From Camelus dromedarius (Eukaryota): DNA of 64,000 nucleotides. Location of the stretch: contig NC_087438.1 in NCBI RefSeq assembly GCF_036321535.1, forward strand, positions 13,952,001-14,016,000, given 5' to 3'. The notes below the pieces were generated by a model that did no database searches, was not told where the DNA came from, and saw nothing but the letters and a program-made list of their open reading frames with translations. Made by a program: the position numbers and the translations under genes. This document shows positions 11,790-23,596 of the stretch, piece by piece (the first letter of the stretch is position 1; every line of letters starts with the position of its first letter).

Positions 11790-12330
11790 CTAAATGGGAA
11801 AAAAACATTTTTAAGAACTACAATTTATATTAAAATTTAGAAAATTCAAATCAAACAAACAATGTAGAAAACATCTTAAAACTTTCCCATGGAGAAGAGT
11901 AAAGGAAAAAAAAAATGGTAGAGAGTAAGAGAGAAAAGCTGATACAGGAGATAGATTTCAGCATTTAACAAATGGTAACAGAGTTGTTAAAGTGATGAAA
12001 TATAACACACGCAAGGTTCAAAGATAGAAAGGGGGAGGAGGAAAAAGCAGATGAGGATAGGTGAAGGAGGAAACTTTCTAACTGGAAAATAATGAGCTTT
12101 CAGGTCAAAAATGCTCTCAGTTAAGAGTGAGAATCATAATAAAAGGAAATAGCATTGAGAGGCATTGATGTAAGTTTTTTTTTTTTCCAATTGCAAGGCT
12201 AATTTTGGCATATTTACACCCCACTGCCCCAAGAAACAAGTGTGGTCTCACAAGATAAACTTAGAGGAGTTATGGTTTTCACTGATATTTCTAACTTAAG
12301 GGCAATAAATGCAAAATTTGAATCCCTTAG
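11790..12330 (+). mobile_element. Ancient L1/HAL1 ORF1-like remnant (similar sequence resumes at about 12675-12880)
   Basis: A-rich, with GAAACTTTCTAACTGGAAAATAATGAGCTTTCAGGTCAAAAATGCTCTCAG resembling old ORF1 blocks; heavily diverged. Confidence 0.4.
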
Positions 12331-14289
12331 GCAATTAGAGATTGATGCAATTGAAGGCTGGCTTTTGTGGTGAGTCCCAGAGGCCATCCCCAAGCAGGCA
12401 GAGACAATTTAGAAGCGGTAATCTCCTCTCTGCAGCTAAATGTACACAGGGAACAGGTCCCATAGACTGGAGGGTCAGAGTGCCTGGACGCCCAGGCAAG
12501 CGGCAGATGGATCACTGACCGCCTGTCTGCTGCCACGTTCTCCTCTGCTAGTTTTGCAATAATGGTGATTAAACCATCAGCAGACCAAGGGGTTCAGCCA
12601 TCATTTGTGAAAACCCTAGTTTCACTTACCAGTATAAGAAAAGTGAGACAATCAATAAACTATTCTTATTAGATGACCTAGGTGTGCATTTGTAATTGAA
12701 AATATCTAAAACTCAAAATATTCAAAAACAGAGCTATGCAGGCAGAAAAAAAAATTGATATGATGTGTTTTAAAGATACTTGAGGACAGAATCATGAAAA
12801 CTACCTGTTGGGCTGGAATCTTGGATTCTAGAACCAAATCGAAACATATCTCAGCTAAATGCCTTGCACGTTTAATGTCTTAATAGAAAGGGAAGAAGTC
12901 AGATTAGGCATTCTGGAATCCTGTAACTAAATATTACTAATCAATTTTCACATTTTGTTTTGTTTGTTTTTCTGAGTCAACCTTTGAACCAAATTACCAG
13001 TCTCTACTTAATTAAATCTTCCTCTTTTGTCTTTCACCCTTTAGTGATTCAATTGATGCTCAAATCATTTTATATATGAAATCTCTCTACCTTTGATGAT
13101 GAATTATTTTATAATCAGGGGTCAATTTTTTTCCAGTCATTTCATAATGAATTAAAGAAAAATACTTAGTTTTGAACTAACAGTATAACATTTTTAGTTT
13201 TAATGCTCCAAATCTTCTCACCTATTCTTCATGATAAATTAAATTTTGTACATAGAGGGATTTTTTTCCACTTAAATTAGGAAAAAATATCAGTATTTAT
13301 TATATGTAATGAAAAGATTTGCCTTATTTTAGTGACCCTAGTTATGCATTTTTGATGTGATTGCATATTTTACTTACTCTTCCTGCAAGGATAGCTTAAT
13401 GGCAGAAGCTAAATAAAGAATTCACAGTGAATTACTTCTTATCCCCACCCTGGAATATTTCCTTAATCTACACATTTTTTTTTCAAGAGTTTTCAATTAA
13501 GGTAGGAAGCAACAGCCCGTGACACGGAAATCTATAAACCACTTGTTCTGACCTACACATTAAAAAATCCATATAATAAATACTAATACTAAATCAGTTT
13601 CTTAGAAGTCTGTGGGTAACCATATAGAAAAACTCTTGCTTAGAAATATGTTTGTAATTGTAAAACAAACAAGTCTTCCAACTAACATTAATTCAAAATT
13701 AACACTGACAAATATGTAACCTTCTTTCATTTTACCCCTGTAGTAAATGCTTTCTAAGTCAATGTGGGAAGAATGAATAAATGAAGTAAATATTTTCCAC
13801 ACAATATTATAGGAATCAAGTTACCAGAATATATCTCAGGACTCAAAAAAAAAATATTTCAACGGAATTGCTTGTCAAAGACATTTTTCTATAGCTAGTT
13901 GTATACATAGTTCTGAAAAAATATTTAAAAATATCAAGACAGAAAATGGAAAGACCTGGCCATCAGTCATCAGCATAACTACTTAGAAGTCAGCACACTC
14001 CAGCAGAAACATCAACACAAGAATTTAAGTTCTGTCAAAAAGAAGTGAAGGGAGAAAAGAAAACTTTAACTAGAGAGAGGATTTTATCCAAAAGACTCCC
14101 CAAAGTGGACATTCTATGTGAGTCTCATCAAAATTATAAAACTTCTCCCTGCTTCCTTTATTCCTTAAACACACTTAGAAACTCAGCTACAAGTATCAAC
14201 CTGCATTTCTGTTTGTATTTAAAGGGACAGATACCTATGATAAGCAAACATAATAAAAACAAGAATTGCGGGTCATCAAGGATTATTTT

Positions 14290-14525
14290 GTGAAAACTAG
14301 AAGTCAACTGAAAGAACTTCAGAATCAGACAGGAACAGGACCAGCTCTCTGTCTTGCTCTTGTATTAGCTGTGTAAGTTTACTTAACCTCTCAGAATGGC
14401 AGTTTCCTCATATAAAGAATGGAAAAATACCAGTAAGATAAAATTTTCTGAGGTTTGATTAACTTACATGTTTTTTGTAAGGTTATAAAATTTATCAGGG
14501 ATTAAGTAAGCACTTAGAAAATCAT
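14290..14525 (+). mobile_element. MIR SINE
   Basis: ATTAGCTGTGTAAGTTTACTTAACCTCTCAGAATGGCAGTTTCCTCATATAAAGAATGG core. Confidence 0.7.
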
Positions 14526-15087
14526 AGCAATCAATGCAATTCATGTTGCGATTCACATTTTATATACTTTTTATGTAATAAAAGATACTAGCCTTTTACT
14601 TATCAGTAATATCATTACTTACATCTCATCTTTTAACATTCTTATTCTATTCATATGTTGGTGAAAGCAAATAATTAGAATATAATTTTCTTTAGAAGTT
14701 ATATTTTATGGATAATATTATGTTATTAGCAGTGTCTATTAAATTTATTACTGCTTTATGATAGACCCAGTGCTATGACAGAAATTTGTGGGAGAAATTT
14801 GTGGGAGTAGGGAGATTTAGCTCAGAGTGATAGTTGGAAAAAATTTAGGGAGGGCTTTCAGAGATCAATTTTGAAGGAAAAGTAGACATCAGTCCGATAA
14901 ACAAAAAAATGGTGGAAGAAATAAGACAGTACTACTGCTGTTTTACAGAGATGTGCGGGCGTCATATTTTTTAGGAAATATTGGAGCAAAAAGAGTTTAT
15001 GTAGGGATGAGAAAGATGATCCTTGAAAGGCAAAATGAGAAACAGATCACAAAAGGGTCTAATATGTGTTGTAAAAAAAGTATGGCT

Positions 15088-15305
15088 CTTTTTAAGTCTA
15101 TTTTTATATATAGTGGTTAACATTTGTAAATCTCAAGCTCCCACATTTATTTCCTTCTACCCTCTTTCCCTGGTAACCATAGATTGTTTACTAAGTTTGA
15201 AAAAAATATGAAAATGAATACATGTATGTATATGCATGACTGGGACATTGTGCTGTGCACTAGAAATTGACACATTGTAATTGACTATACTTCAATAAAA
15301 AAAAA
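15088..15305 (+). mobile_element. Short lineage-specific LINE-1 3' insertion with 5' inversion (twin priming), inside an old L2
   Basis: TSD AAAAAAAGTATGGCT (15073-15087) / AAAAAAAATATGGCT (15298-15312); 15088-15199 is the reverse complement of L1 3'UTR sequence seen forward at ~47610-47717; 15200-15305 is the forward tail ending AATAAA and poly-A. Confidence 0.88.
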
Positions 15306-17010
15306 TATGGCTTTTATTCTGAAGGTATTGTGGAGGATGAAGACTGATGTTCATAAAGCAAAAATTGAAAAGACTGGATTCTGATTTTTTGAAATACCAG
15401 TCTGGAGGAGGTGTTGAGTATAGGTTAAAAATTCTGAGACCACAGGGAGCAAAAGCATTTAGGAGGACCATGAAAACATGATGGTATGCGAGCTAAGGGG
15501 GTATCAGAAATGGCAAAAGTGGGCAAATGATGTCTATAATAAAGATTGAAATTAAATGTTTCTTTTTTTTTAAGTTTGGATAAAAGGATGTGTTTCTTTA
15601 CAAGGAGAGTTACTAGACATCAACTTGGCTTCACAACTTTGAACACTGGAATTTTGAATGACCTAGATTTGGCTCATAAGGGGAAACCAAACTACTTTTA
15701 CTCCTACTTTTCCATCTGCTTTGTGGTCTAATCCTTTTTTATGCTCCTGGATAAAACCTCAGACAAGCCCTATAGCTTTTCAGGCTCTCCATATAATATA
15801 CAATATAAATAGTTCCTTGCTTAGGCATAAAAATCCCAGAGAGGTTATTCATTACATAAGCACCATCTTGTCCAGAACAGCAGCCCCCAAGCTTGGATCT
15901 GCACAGGTCCTGTAAGCCACCAGGGGGACATGAACTAGTCAGTTTCTCTGCATTATATCATTTCCCCTCTACTCCCTTCTTAGCTGCTATTTAAAACCCT
16001 TCCAGAACCTGACCCAGAGGAAGGGGAGGATATGCTGAAATCAACACAATCACCCAGGACAGAGTTGGCTGTAATCTCGGGTTGGTGTCCTCTCCACCAC
16101 TGATGTGACCTTGCTGGCTCTTCCTCAGGCACCATTTTTGTGGACCTGCAACAGCAGTCCCCTTGACATAGACAATGTCCAAAACTTCTCCAGTGTGTTA
16201 TCGAGCGCATCTTCTCATTTGGGTCAAGGGAACCTAACACTTCTGTCACGAGGGTTGTTTTAAACTTTCAGGAAGTACTCTTGAGCAGAATCCCCAAGGA
16301 TTTTTGCTGTCGGTAGAGCACATTTATCTTGCTGGAAAGAAAGGCGTGGCTTTCTCTCTCTGCCACCTTAGCCTACACCTGTGGAACCTCCCCTGCAGGC
16401 CCTGGGATCTTTAAGCCCAGGTGACTCTTGCTGGGCTTACCTTAGAACCTCCTTTACCTGCTTAAGGTGAATCAAAGCGTCCCATGCCTTTGCCCAGGAA
16501 GGGACTGGAGGATGTGGTTGATGGCCAGTTTCCTCTGTTAAGGTGCTATCTTCCACATTTCCAACCACGGCCTGTCTTAGAGGAGGCAGGTGTGTGACTG
16601 TTTAACGTTCCCCAAACAACACTTGAGTCATTCCCTTTGTAATTAAGGATAATACCTCCTACTTCTCTTCTGAGGGAGATGAAACGCACTATTGTTCTTC
16701 CCTCAGCCTTTCTTCAGAAGCCTCTGTGGAAATATTGAGACAACAGGATGGAGCTCACGTACAATGTGTTACAGAGGCCTTTAAAAATAGAATGTGTGTA
16801 TTTTAATCCTGGTTTTGATTCCTGTGAATTTTCTTTGGAGGAAGGGGAGGCATAAATGGGACAAGGAAAAAAAAGTTACAAAACATCTACAATATTCTTG
16901 TTTTTTTTTTTCGCTTATATGGTGTAGCTTAAAAAAATCCTGCCAATCTTCTATGTATTAGAAAATACTTTATGATATGTAAATGTCATGTGCATATATG
17001 AAATCAATTA

Positions 17011-17440
17011 TAGGCATACCTCATTTTATCCTGCTTTGCTTTTTTGTGCTTCACAGATATTGAAGGTTTGTGGTAACCCTGCGGAGAGCGGGTCTACTGG
17101 CCTATTTTTCCAACAGCATTTGCTCGCCCTGTGTCCCTGTGTCATATTTAGTAATTCTCACAATATTTTAAACTTTGATCCATGACCTTTAATGTTACTA
17201 CTAGGACTCACTGAAGGCTCAGATGATGGTAGGCATTTTTTAGCAAGAAAATGATTTTTAATTAAGATACGTACATTGTTTTGGGGACATAATGCTATTT
17301 CACACTTAATCAACTACAGTTTACTGGAAACATAACTTATACTCACCAGGAAACTGAAAAATCTTGACTCACTTGGTGGTGGTATTTGCTTTATTGCAAT
17401 TGTCTGAAACTGAACCCACAAGGTCGCTGAGGTATGTCTG
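17011..17440 (+). mobile_element. Tigger1 internal-deletion derivative (Tc1/mariner-pogo type)
   Basis: TIRs TAGGCATACCTCA / TGAGGTATGTCTG flanked by TA on both sides; internal TTGAAGGTTTGTGGTAACCCTGC and GACTCACTGAAGGCTCAGATGAT match the two ends of Tigger1. Confidence 0.92.
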
Positions 17441-17535
17441 TAAGTGTATATGTGTGTGTGTAAATGTATGTGACTGTATATGTATATGTGTGTAGGTTTC
17501 AATGTATTAGTAGTATACATTAAACCATTACATTA

Positions 17536-17601
17536 TATATTTTACACTTTTAATGAACACTAATTAGAATACTAATGTATTCATTAAAAGTGTAAAATAT
17601 A
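17536..17601. repeat. Inverted repeat with a perfect 22-bp stem
   Basis: TATATTTTACACTTTTAATGAA ... TTCATTAAAAGTGTAAAATATA. Confidence 0.95.
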
Positions 17602-19292
17602 AGACATTACTTATTTTAATCGTATGTATTAAAAGTGTAGGTGTAATACACACACACACTTGCAGGTATTTTTATGTACACCATATAGTCATATGTATAT
17701 ACTTCATACACACTCCATGTCCTTATGTCTCACACTCAATCCATGAAGGCAATAAGATATAAATACCTACTTAAGAAGAATTCCATATAGTCTTCCAAAA
17801 TTAGCCACTATATTTTATAACTATGTGAATTTGTATATTATAAATATTAAAGTTGCTGCATAAGGGAATATATATGTTTCTAAATGAAAGAGTTTTTCTA
17901 AATTATGTCTTTCTTAAAATTAATTTTGATTAATGTTTATGGAATATACTATTTTATCCATTAATATATTTGGTAACGTCTAATTTCTGTTGTTATATTT
18001 AAGTCAACACTTTTCTTTCTTAAATATTTAGTAAACTAACTTAACTCTCTCTATAGTATCTATATATAGTCAAATGGCAGTTGGATGTGTCATGTTAATT
18101 AAGTACCACATTAGACATTTCCTTTCAGATTGTCCTCCCACATATTTGATATAAACCTTTTAAACTGCAGGGAAAAGTGACAACAAACCCCAGAGCTACA
18201 CTCTGTGATTGAGAGAATCAGTTATCCCGGTGTCACTGGAAGCAAAATCAATTCATGTGTTCTGTCATCCTTAGAAAGTACTCTCAAACGTGCTGTCAGC
18301 AATAAATTTTACAGGATTTCCCCAAAGTCAATTGCTCCTTCTATTTGGGATTACGATGAAGGCAAATTGATTCTTCCCATACACAGAAGTAGCACAAGAG
18401 AAGAGATACTTTTAGTCTACTCATTTCTCTCTCTCTCTCTCTTTTTTATTTTACTGACAGATTTCTCCTGGCTCACTAATGTAAGATCCTTAGTAATTGA
18501 AATTCTGGCTGTGAAATATATTCAGGCATAACCAACAGGAATGCAATTTCCCTTAGAGTTACCTTCATGCAAGTAGGCAGGAAATTTATTTTTGAGTAAC
18601 TTATTTCTGAGCACGTTAAAAAAAAATGAGGCAACTCTCTCCAACATTTTAACTGGAATTATTACCAGGATATCATATTTAATTTTTATTTGCTATATCT
18701 CCCATATTCTAGTGAAAAAAAAATTTCTGTCTTTTTCTCTTTAATTGAATGGAAAAAATTCAAAATTAGCATTTAAAATCTTTTAATAGACTTTTAAAAA
18801 TAAACATTGTAAAACAGAAAAGCAATGTTAAAATTGAACTAAGGCCATTTACAAACAAGAAAACAACTGTAGGTAGATTATGCTGTCATTTAAACAAGTT
18901 CTAATGAGGCTGACTATTAAGAAATTATGGATATAAGAACATATTTTCTTCCTCCTTTTGAGCCGCAGAGATATGCAGATGAATTTAAGAGAATTATTTC
19001 AACTGAATTAACATTCTCTGAAGATATATAAATATATAAATTGTCAGGTTGGAGTGATCAAACATTACCAAAGAAGAAAAGAAATGAGAAATCAAACAAA
19101 TAACAGAAACTGATGGTGTATTACAGAAAACACTAAATTTCTGCTGACATGTATGTACATGCATGCCTACCATGCCTTTGACATCTGTACAGAGAATAAC
19201 AAATGGAACTGACTTCTGTACAGTATTATAGAGGACCTAGTGCTAGGTCAGGTTGTAAGCAGAAGACTCACATCTAAACTGAAGACTGATGC

Positions 19293-22200
19293 TGGAGCAA
19301 CATCAGCAACATGGTTGATGAGATATCCCTCATAGTTAGTATCCCTCCTCAACACCAACAGTTTGGCATCCATCCTTGGACAAAGACACCTTGGTGGTAA
19401 CGATGGGATCCAGCGCCATATGCCAAGGGATCTGGGACAAGTTTGGCCTACCTGTGCCTTGGGTAATAGGCACACAAACCTCAGTCACAGCTATGGTCCC
19501 TGAAGTGGCCAAAGAACTGGCTCCAGTCCCTCTCAGCCACTGTCTGGGAGCCTCTGGAGAATAGTCTCTTAGATAATCACCCATGGCTGAGAATCTATGT
19601 GAAAGTCCCGGTTTGCAGCATAGAAATTCCAGTACATCACTGGAACAAAAACATGAGTTTGGAACATTGGAGAAGATGGTAGAACTGTCTGACATTACCT
19701 GGGTCACCCTCCCCCAGGACGGCACAGCTTAGTGTTAAGAGAGACCTTCTCGATCTGTGATTTACCTTGAGGAAAAGTGAGAGCATGTGAGTAAATGCCT
19801 GGCTGCCCTAGCTGTGTGGGACACTGCCAAAGAGACCCAAAAACCTATCCCTCCACTCAGAATACTGAGACTTGAATTGCATGAATAGGGGTGGGAAGAG
19901 CAGCAGAGGGGACTATCAGGGAGCATTAAAGGGACGGGAGTCTACTTAGTGCATCACAGGCTTCATCAAGAAGCCAGCCCTTGAGCCACTGGGCATGTCT
20001 GCCTGCAGATTCCATCAAATGGCCCATAGGCACCCCCAGCACTACACATCTCACCCCCCTCCCACCCCCACCGTGTGGCTGACTCTCTGTGCACACCCAT
20101 GAAAGTGTCAAGATTGAGCATTGGCAGATGACTGGTGACCACCTGCATAAAGCTTGCCTGAATACATGGGTCAGGAAGTGACCACAGAGTTGAGCTCTAG
20201 GGCACTCTTGAGAAAGAAAAAAGAGGCTGTCAGATTTTTGGCCAGATGTGTTGCACGATAAGAGAAGGCATACAAATTTAAGAATTTTGCCACAAGAGGG
20301 AGCAAGAAGCCTGAAGCAAGTCTGAGAAAGCCTCGGAGTCCGGCCCCCCGCCAGGGTTGACAGAAGATGTCTTTCCCGAAGTCAATCAGCAAAGACTGGA
20401 GGGGTTAATTACTACTGCAAATGCAAAGGCAGCACCTCAAGATTTCAAGAAATAGGAGAAATCAAGGAAACAACGACACCACCAAAGGATCACAGTTTTC
20501 TTCCAACACGTCACCCCAAAGACATGAACAGCTTCAAGAATACCCAATAAAGAATTCAAAATTGATGTTTTAAAGACATTAAATCAGCTTTAAGAAAATA
20601 TAGAATGACAATTCAGTAAAATCAGGAAAACAGTCCATGAACAAAAAAGTTTAGCAAAGAACTAGAAATCACAAAAAAGAAAGAAATTCTGGTGCTAGTA
20701 AAGAACATAATAAATAAAATGAAAAATGCAATAGAGAAAATCAACAGCAGAATGGATCAAGAACAATTTAAAAATCTGTGAATTAGAGGACAAGAGCTTC
20801 GAAATTATCAAGTAATTGGAGAACAAAGAAATAATGAAAGAGGAAAGAAAGCTTATGGGATGTATTGAATAATCTCAAAGAAACAATTATCAAAATATTG
20901 GAGAAAGGGAGAACGGGTTGGAAAACTTATTTAAAGAAATAATGGCTGAGAACCTCTCAAATACATGGAGATTTGGATAATGGAATTCATGAAGGTCATA
21001 GGTAACAAAAAATGTAAGTTAAAGAGATTTGCTTCAAGACAAACTATAATAAAACTGTCAAAAATCAAACATAAAGAGAGATTTAAAGAAAAAGAAGCTT
21101 GTAACTTAACAGGAAAACACTATTAGCAGATTCTCAGGAGATTCTTATAGGCCAGGAAAGACTGGGATGATATATTCAAATTGCTGAAAGAAAAAGGCTG
21201 CCAAGTGAAAAATACTCTACCTGGCAAAGCTGTCCTTCACAAATAAAGGGGACTTAAGGCCTTTCTTAGCAAAGAAAAAGCTGAGGGAGTTCACCACCAA
21301 AACTGCCTTACAAGAAATGATAGGTCATAGCTAACATTATGATGAAAGGCTGAATCCTATGCCTGTAAGATCTGGAACAAGACAAGAATACCTACTCTCA
21401 CCACTTTTATTACACTTTCTATTAAAAGTCCTACTCAGAACAAACAGGCAAGACAAAAAACAAATAAATAAAATGCATCCAACTCGATAAGAATTAAGTA
21501 AAATTGTGTTTGTTTCCAGATGATATGATCTTATAAATGGAAAATCCTAAAGACTTCACTAAAAAACTATTAGGACTAATGAACAAATTCGGTAAAATGA
21601 TAGGATATAAAATCAGCACACAGAAATCAGTTGCATTTCTATACACTAACAACAAAATATCTGAAAAAGAAAGAAATAAAGCAATCCCACGCACAATAGA
21701 TCAAAAACACAAAACACTTGGGAATAAATTTAACCAAAGAGGTGAAAAATCTTTAAAAGGAAAAGTATAAAACATGAATGAAAGAATTGAAGAAGACACA
21801 AATAAATGAAAAGATATTCAGGGCTCATGTGTTGAAAGAATTAATATTTTTAAAATATAGATTCAATGAAATGTCTATCAAATTCTCAATGTCATCTATC
21901 ACAGATATAGGAAAAACACTCATAACATTCATATGGAATTACCAAACCAACCCTGAACAAAGATGAAGGCAATATACTTCTTCATAAAATTTTATTACAA
22001 AATTATAGTAATCAAAACAGTATGGTGCTGATATAGACATAGATGTATAGCCCAAGAAACAGAATCAAGATCCCCCAAAATAAACTCTTGCACCAAACGT
22101 AAACTAATATTTGACAAGAGGGCCAAGAATTCTCAATGGGGAAAGGGTAATCTCTTCAATAAATCGTACTGTGGAAACTGTATAATTGTATGCAGAATGA

Positions 22201-23000
22201 TGAAATAGTACTTTTATCTTCCACCATTCATATAAATTAAATCAAAATGGATTAATGACTTAAGCATAAAACCTGAAACCATAAAACTTCTAGAAGAAAA
22301 CAGAGGAAAAACTCCTAGACATTGATCTTGGCAATGATTGTTAGGGTAAGACGCGAACAGCACAAGAAACAGAAGCAAAAATTAATGAGGGATTACATCA
22401 ACTAAGAAAGCTTCTGCATAGCAAAAGAAACATTCAACAAAATGAAAAAGCAACCTACAGAATGGGAGAAAATATTTGCAAAGCAAATATCTTATATAGA
22501 GTTAGTATTTAAAATATTAAGGAATTCATGCAATTCAATTGCAAAAAGACAAACAATCCTAAACAAAAATGTCTAGAGGAACTGAATAGGCATTTTTCTA
22601 AAGAAGGCATAGAAATGGTCATCAGGTACATGAAAAGATGCTCAACATCACTAATCATCAAAAATGCAAATTAAGACCACAATGACATATCATTTTGCAA
22701 CTGTTACAATGGCTGTCATCAAAAAGATAAGAGATGTCAAGTACTGGTGAGGGTGTGGAGAAAACGGAACTCTTATGCAATGTTGGTGGGAATATACAAT
22801 CACTGTGAAACAGTATTCAAAATATTACTCAAAAAATTACAAATAGAACCACCACATGATCCAGCAATTTCACTTCTGGGTATACATGCGAATTAAATGA
22901 AATCAGAATCTCAAAGACATGTTCAGTACAGTATTATTCACAATTGCCAAGATGAACAATCTAAGTGTCCATCTACAGATGAATGATTAAAGACGATGTG

Positions 23001-23040
<40 letters not shown>

Positions 23041-23542
23041 GAGTATTATTCAGCCATGAAAAAGAAGGAAATCCTGACATTTTCGACAATATAGACAAAA
23101 CTTAGGAAGATAATGTTATGTTAAGTGAAACAAATCAGACAGAGAAGGCAAATAACCTATGATATCACATGCTTATGAAACCTAAGAGCGCCAACACATA
23201 GAAACAGAGAGTAGATGTCAGAAGATGGAGGGTGGAGGAAATGGGGAGATGTCAATCAAAGGGTATACATTTCCAGCTATAAGATTAACAAGTCTGGGGA
23301 TCTTTTGTACGTCATGGTGACTGTAGTTAACAATACAGTATTCTATACTTAACTGTTGCTAAGAGAGTAGATCTTGAATGATCTCACCACAGAAAAGAAA
23401 CAGTAATTAATTGAGATGATGGAAGTACTAACTAACCCTACTGTGGTAATCATTTGTCAATATACAAGCATATTAAGTCATCATGACGTACAACTTAAAC
23501 TTTACACGATGTTATGTGTCAATTATCTCAATAAAGCTAAAA
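19293..23542 (+). mobile_element. LINE-1 (L1MA9-age) with 5'UTR, ORF1 remnant, internally deleted ORF2 and 3'UTR; dead
   Basis: 5' start CAACATCAGCAACATGG; GC-rich 5'UTR to ~20400; ORF1 remnant ~20450-21320; ORF2 RT segment reading [45 protein letters not shown]; 3' end CAATTATCTCAATAAAGCTAAAAAA; degraded TSD AAGACTGATGC (19282-19292) / AAGATAGATGC (23543-23553). Confidence 0.95.
23003..23038. repeat. (AC)18 microsatellite inside the L1
   Basis: Read directly. Confidence 0.95.
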
Positions 23543-23563
23543 AAGATAGATGCCAATTTAGCC

Positions 23564-23596
23564 TGTGTGTGTGCGTGTGTGTGTGTGTGTGTGTGT
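23564..23596. repeat. (TG)n microsatellite, one interruption
   Basis: Read directly. Confidence 0.95.

Noticed and set aside
12175..12700. Possible minus-strand processed pseudogene starting at the T12 tract
   Set aside because: No polyA signal next to the tract, no convincing TSD, and sequence on both sides of the tract looks like the same old L1/HAL1 remnant
15917..15930. CTCF site as a called feature
   Set aside because: Lacks the conserved C after the G-run; mentioned only within the larger island
18205..18531. 108-aa ORF near two AG acceptors
   Set aside because: Non-ATG start, no recognisable homology, runs into a CT tract; all frames from the 18170 acceptor reach a stop quickly
21537..21966. 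ORFs with clear protein similarity ([12 protein letters not shown]..., MKELKKTQINEK...)
   Set aside because: Frameshifted, stop-interrupted pieces of LINE-1 ORF2, not a host gene or active reverse transcriptase
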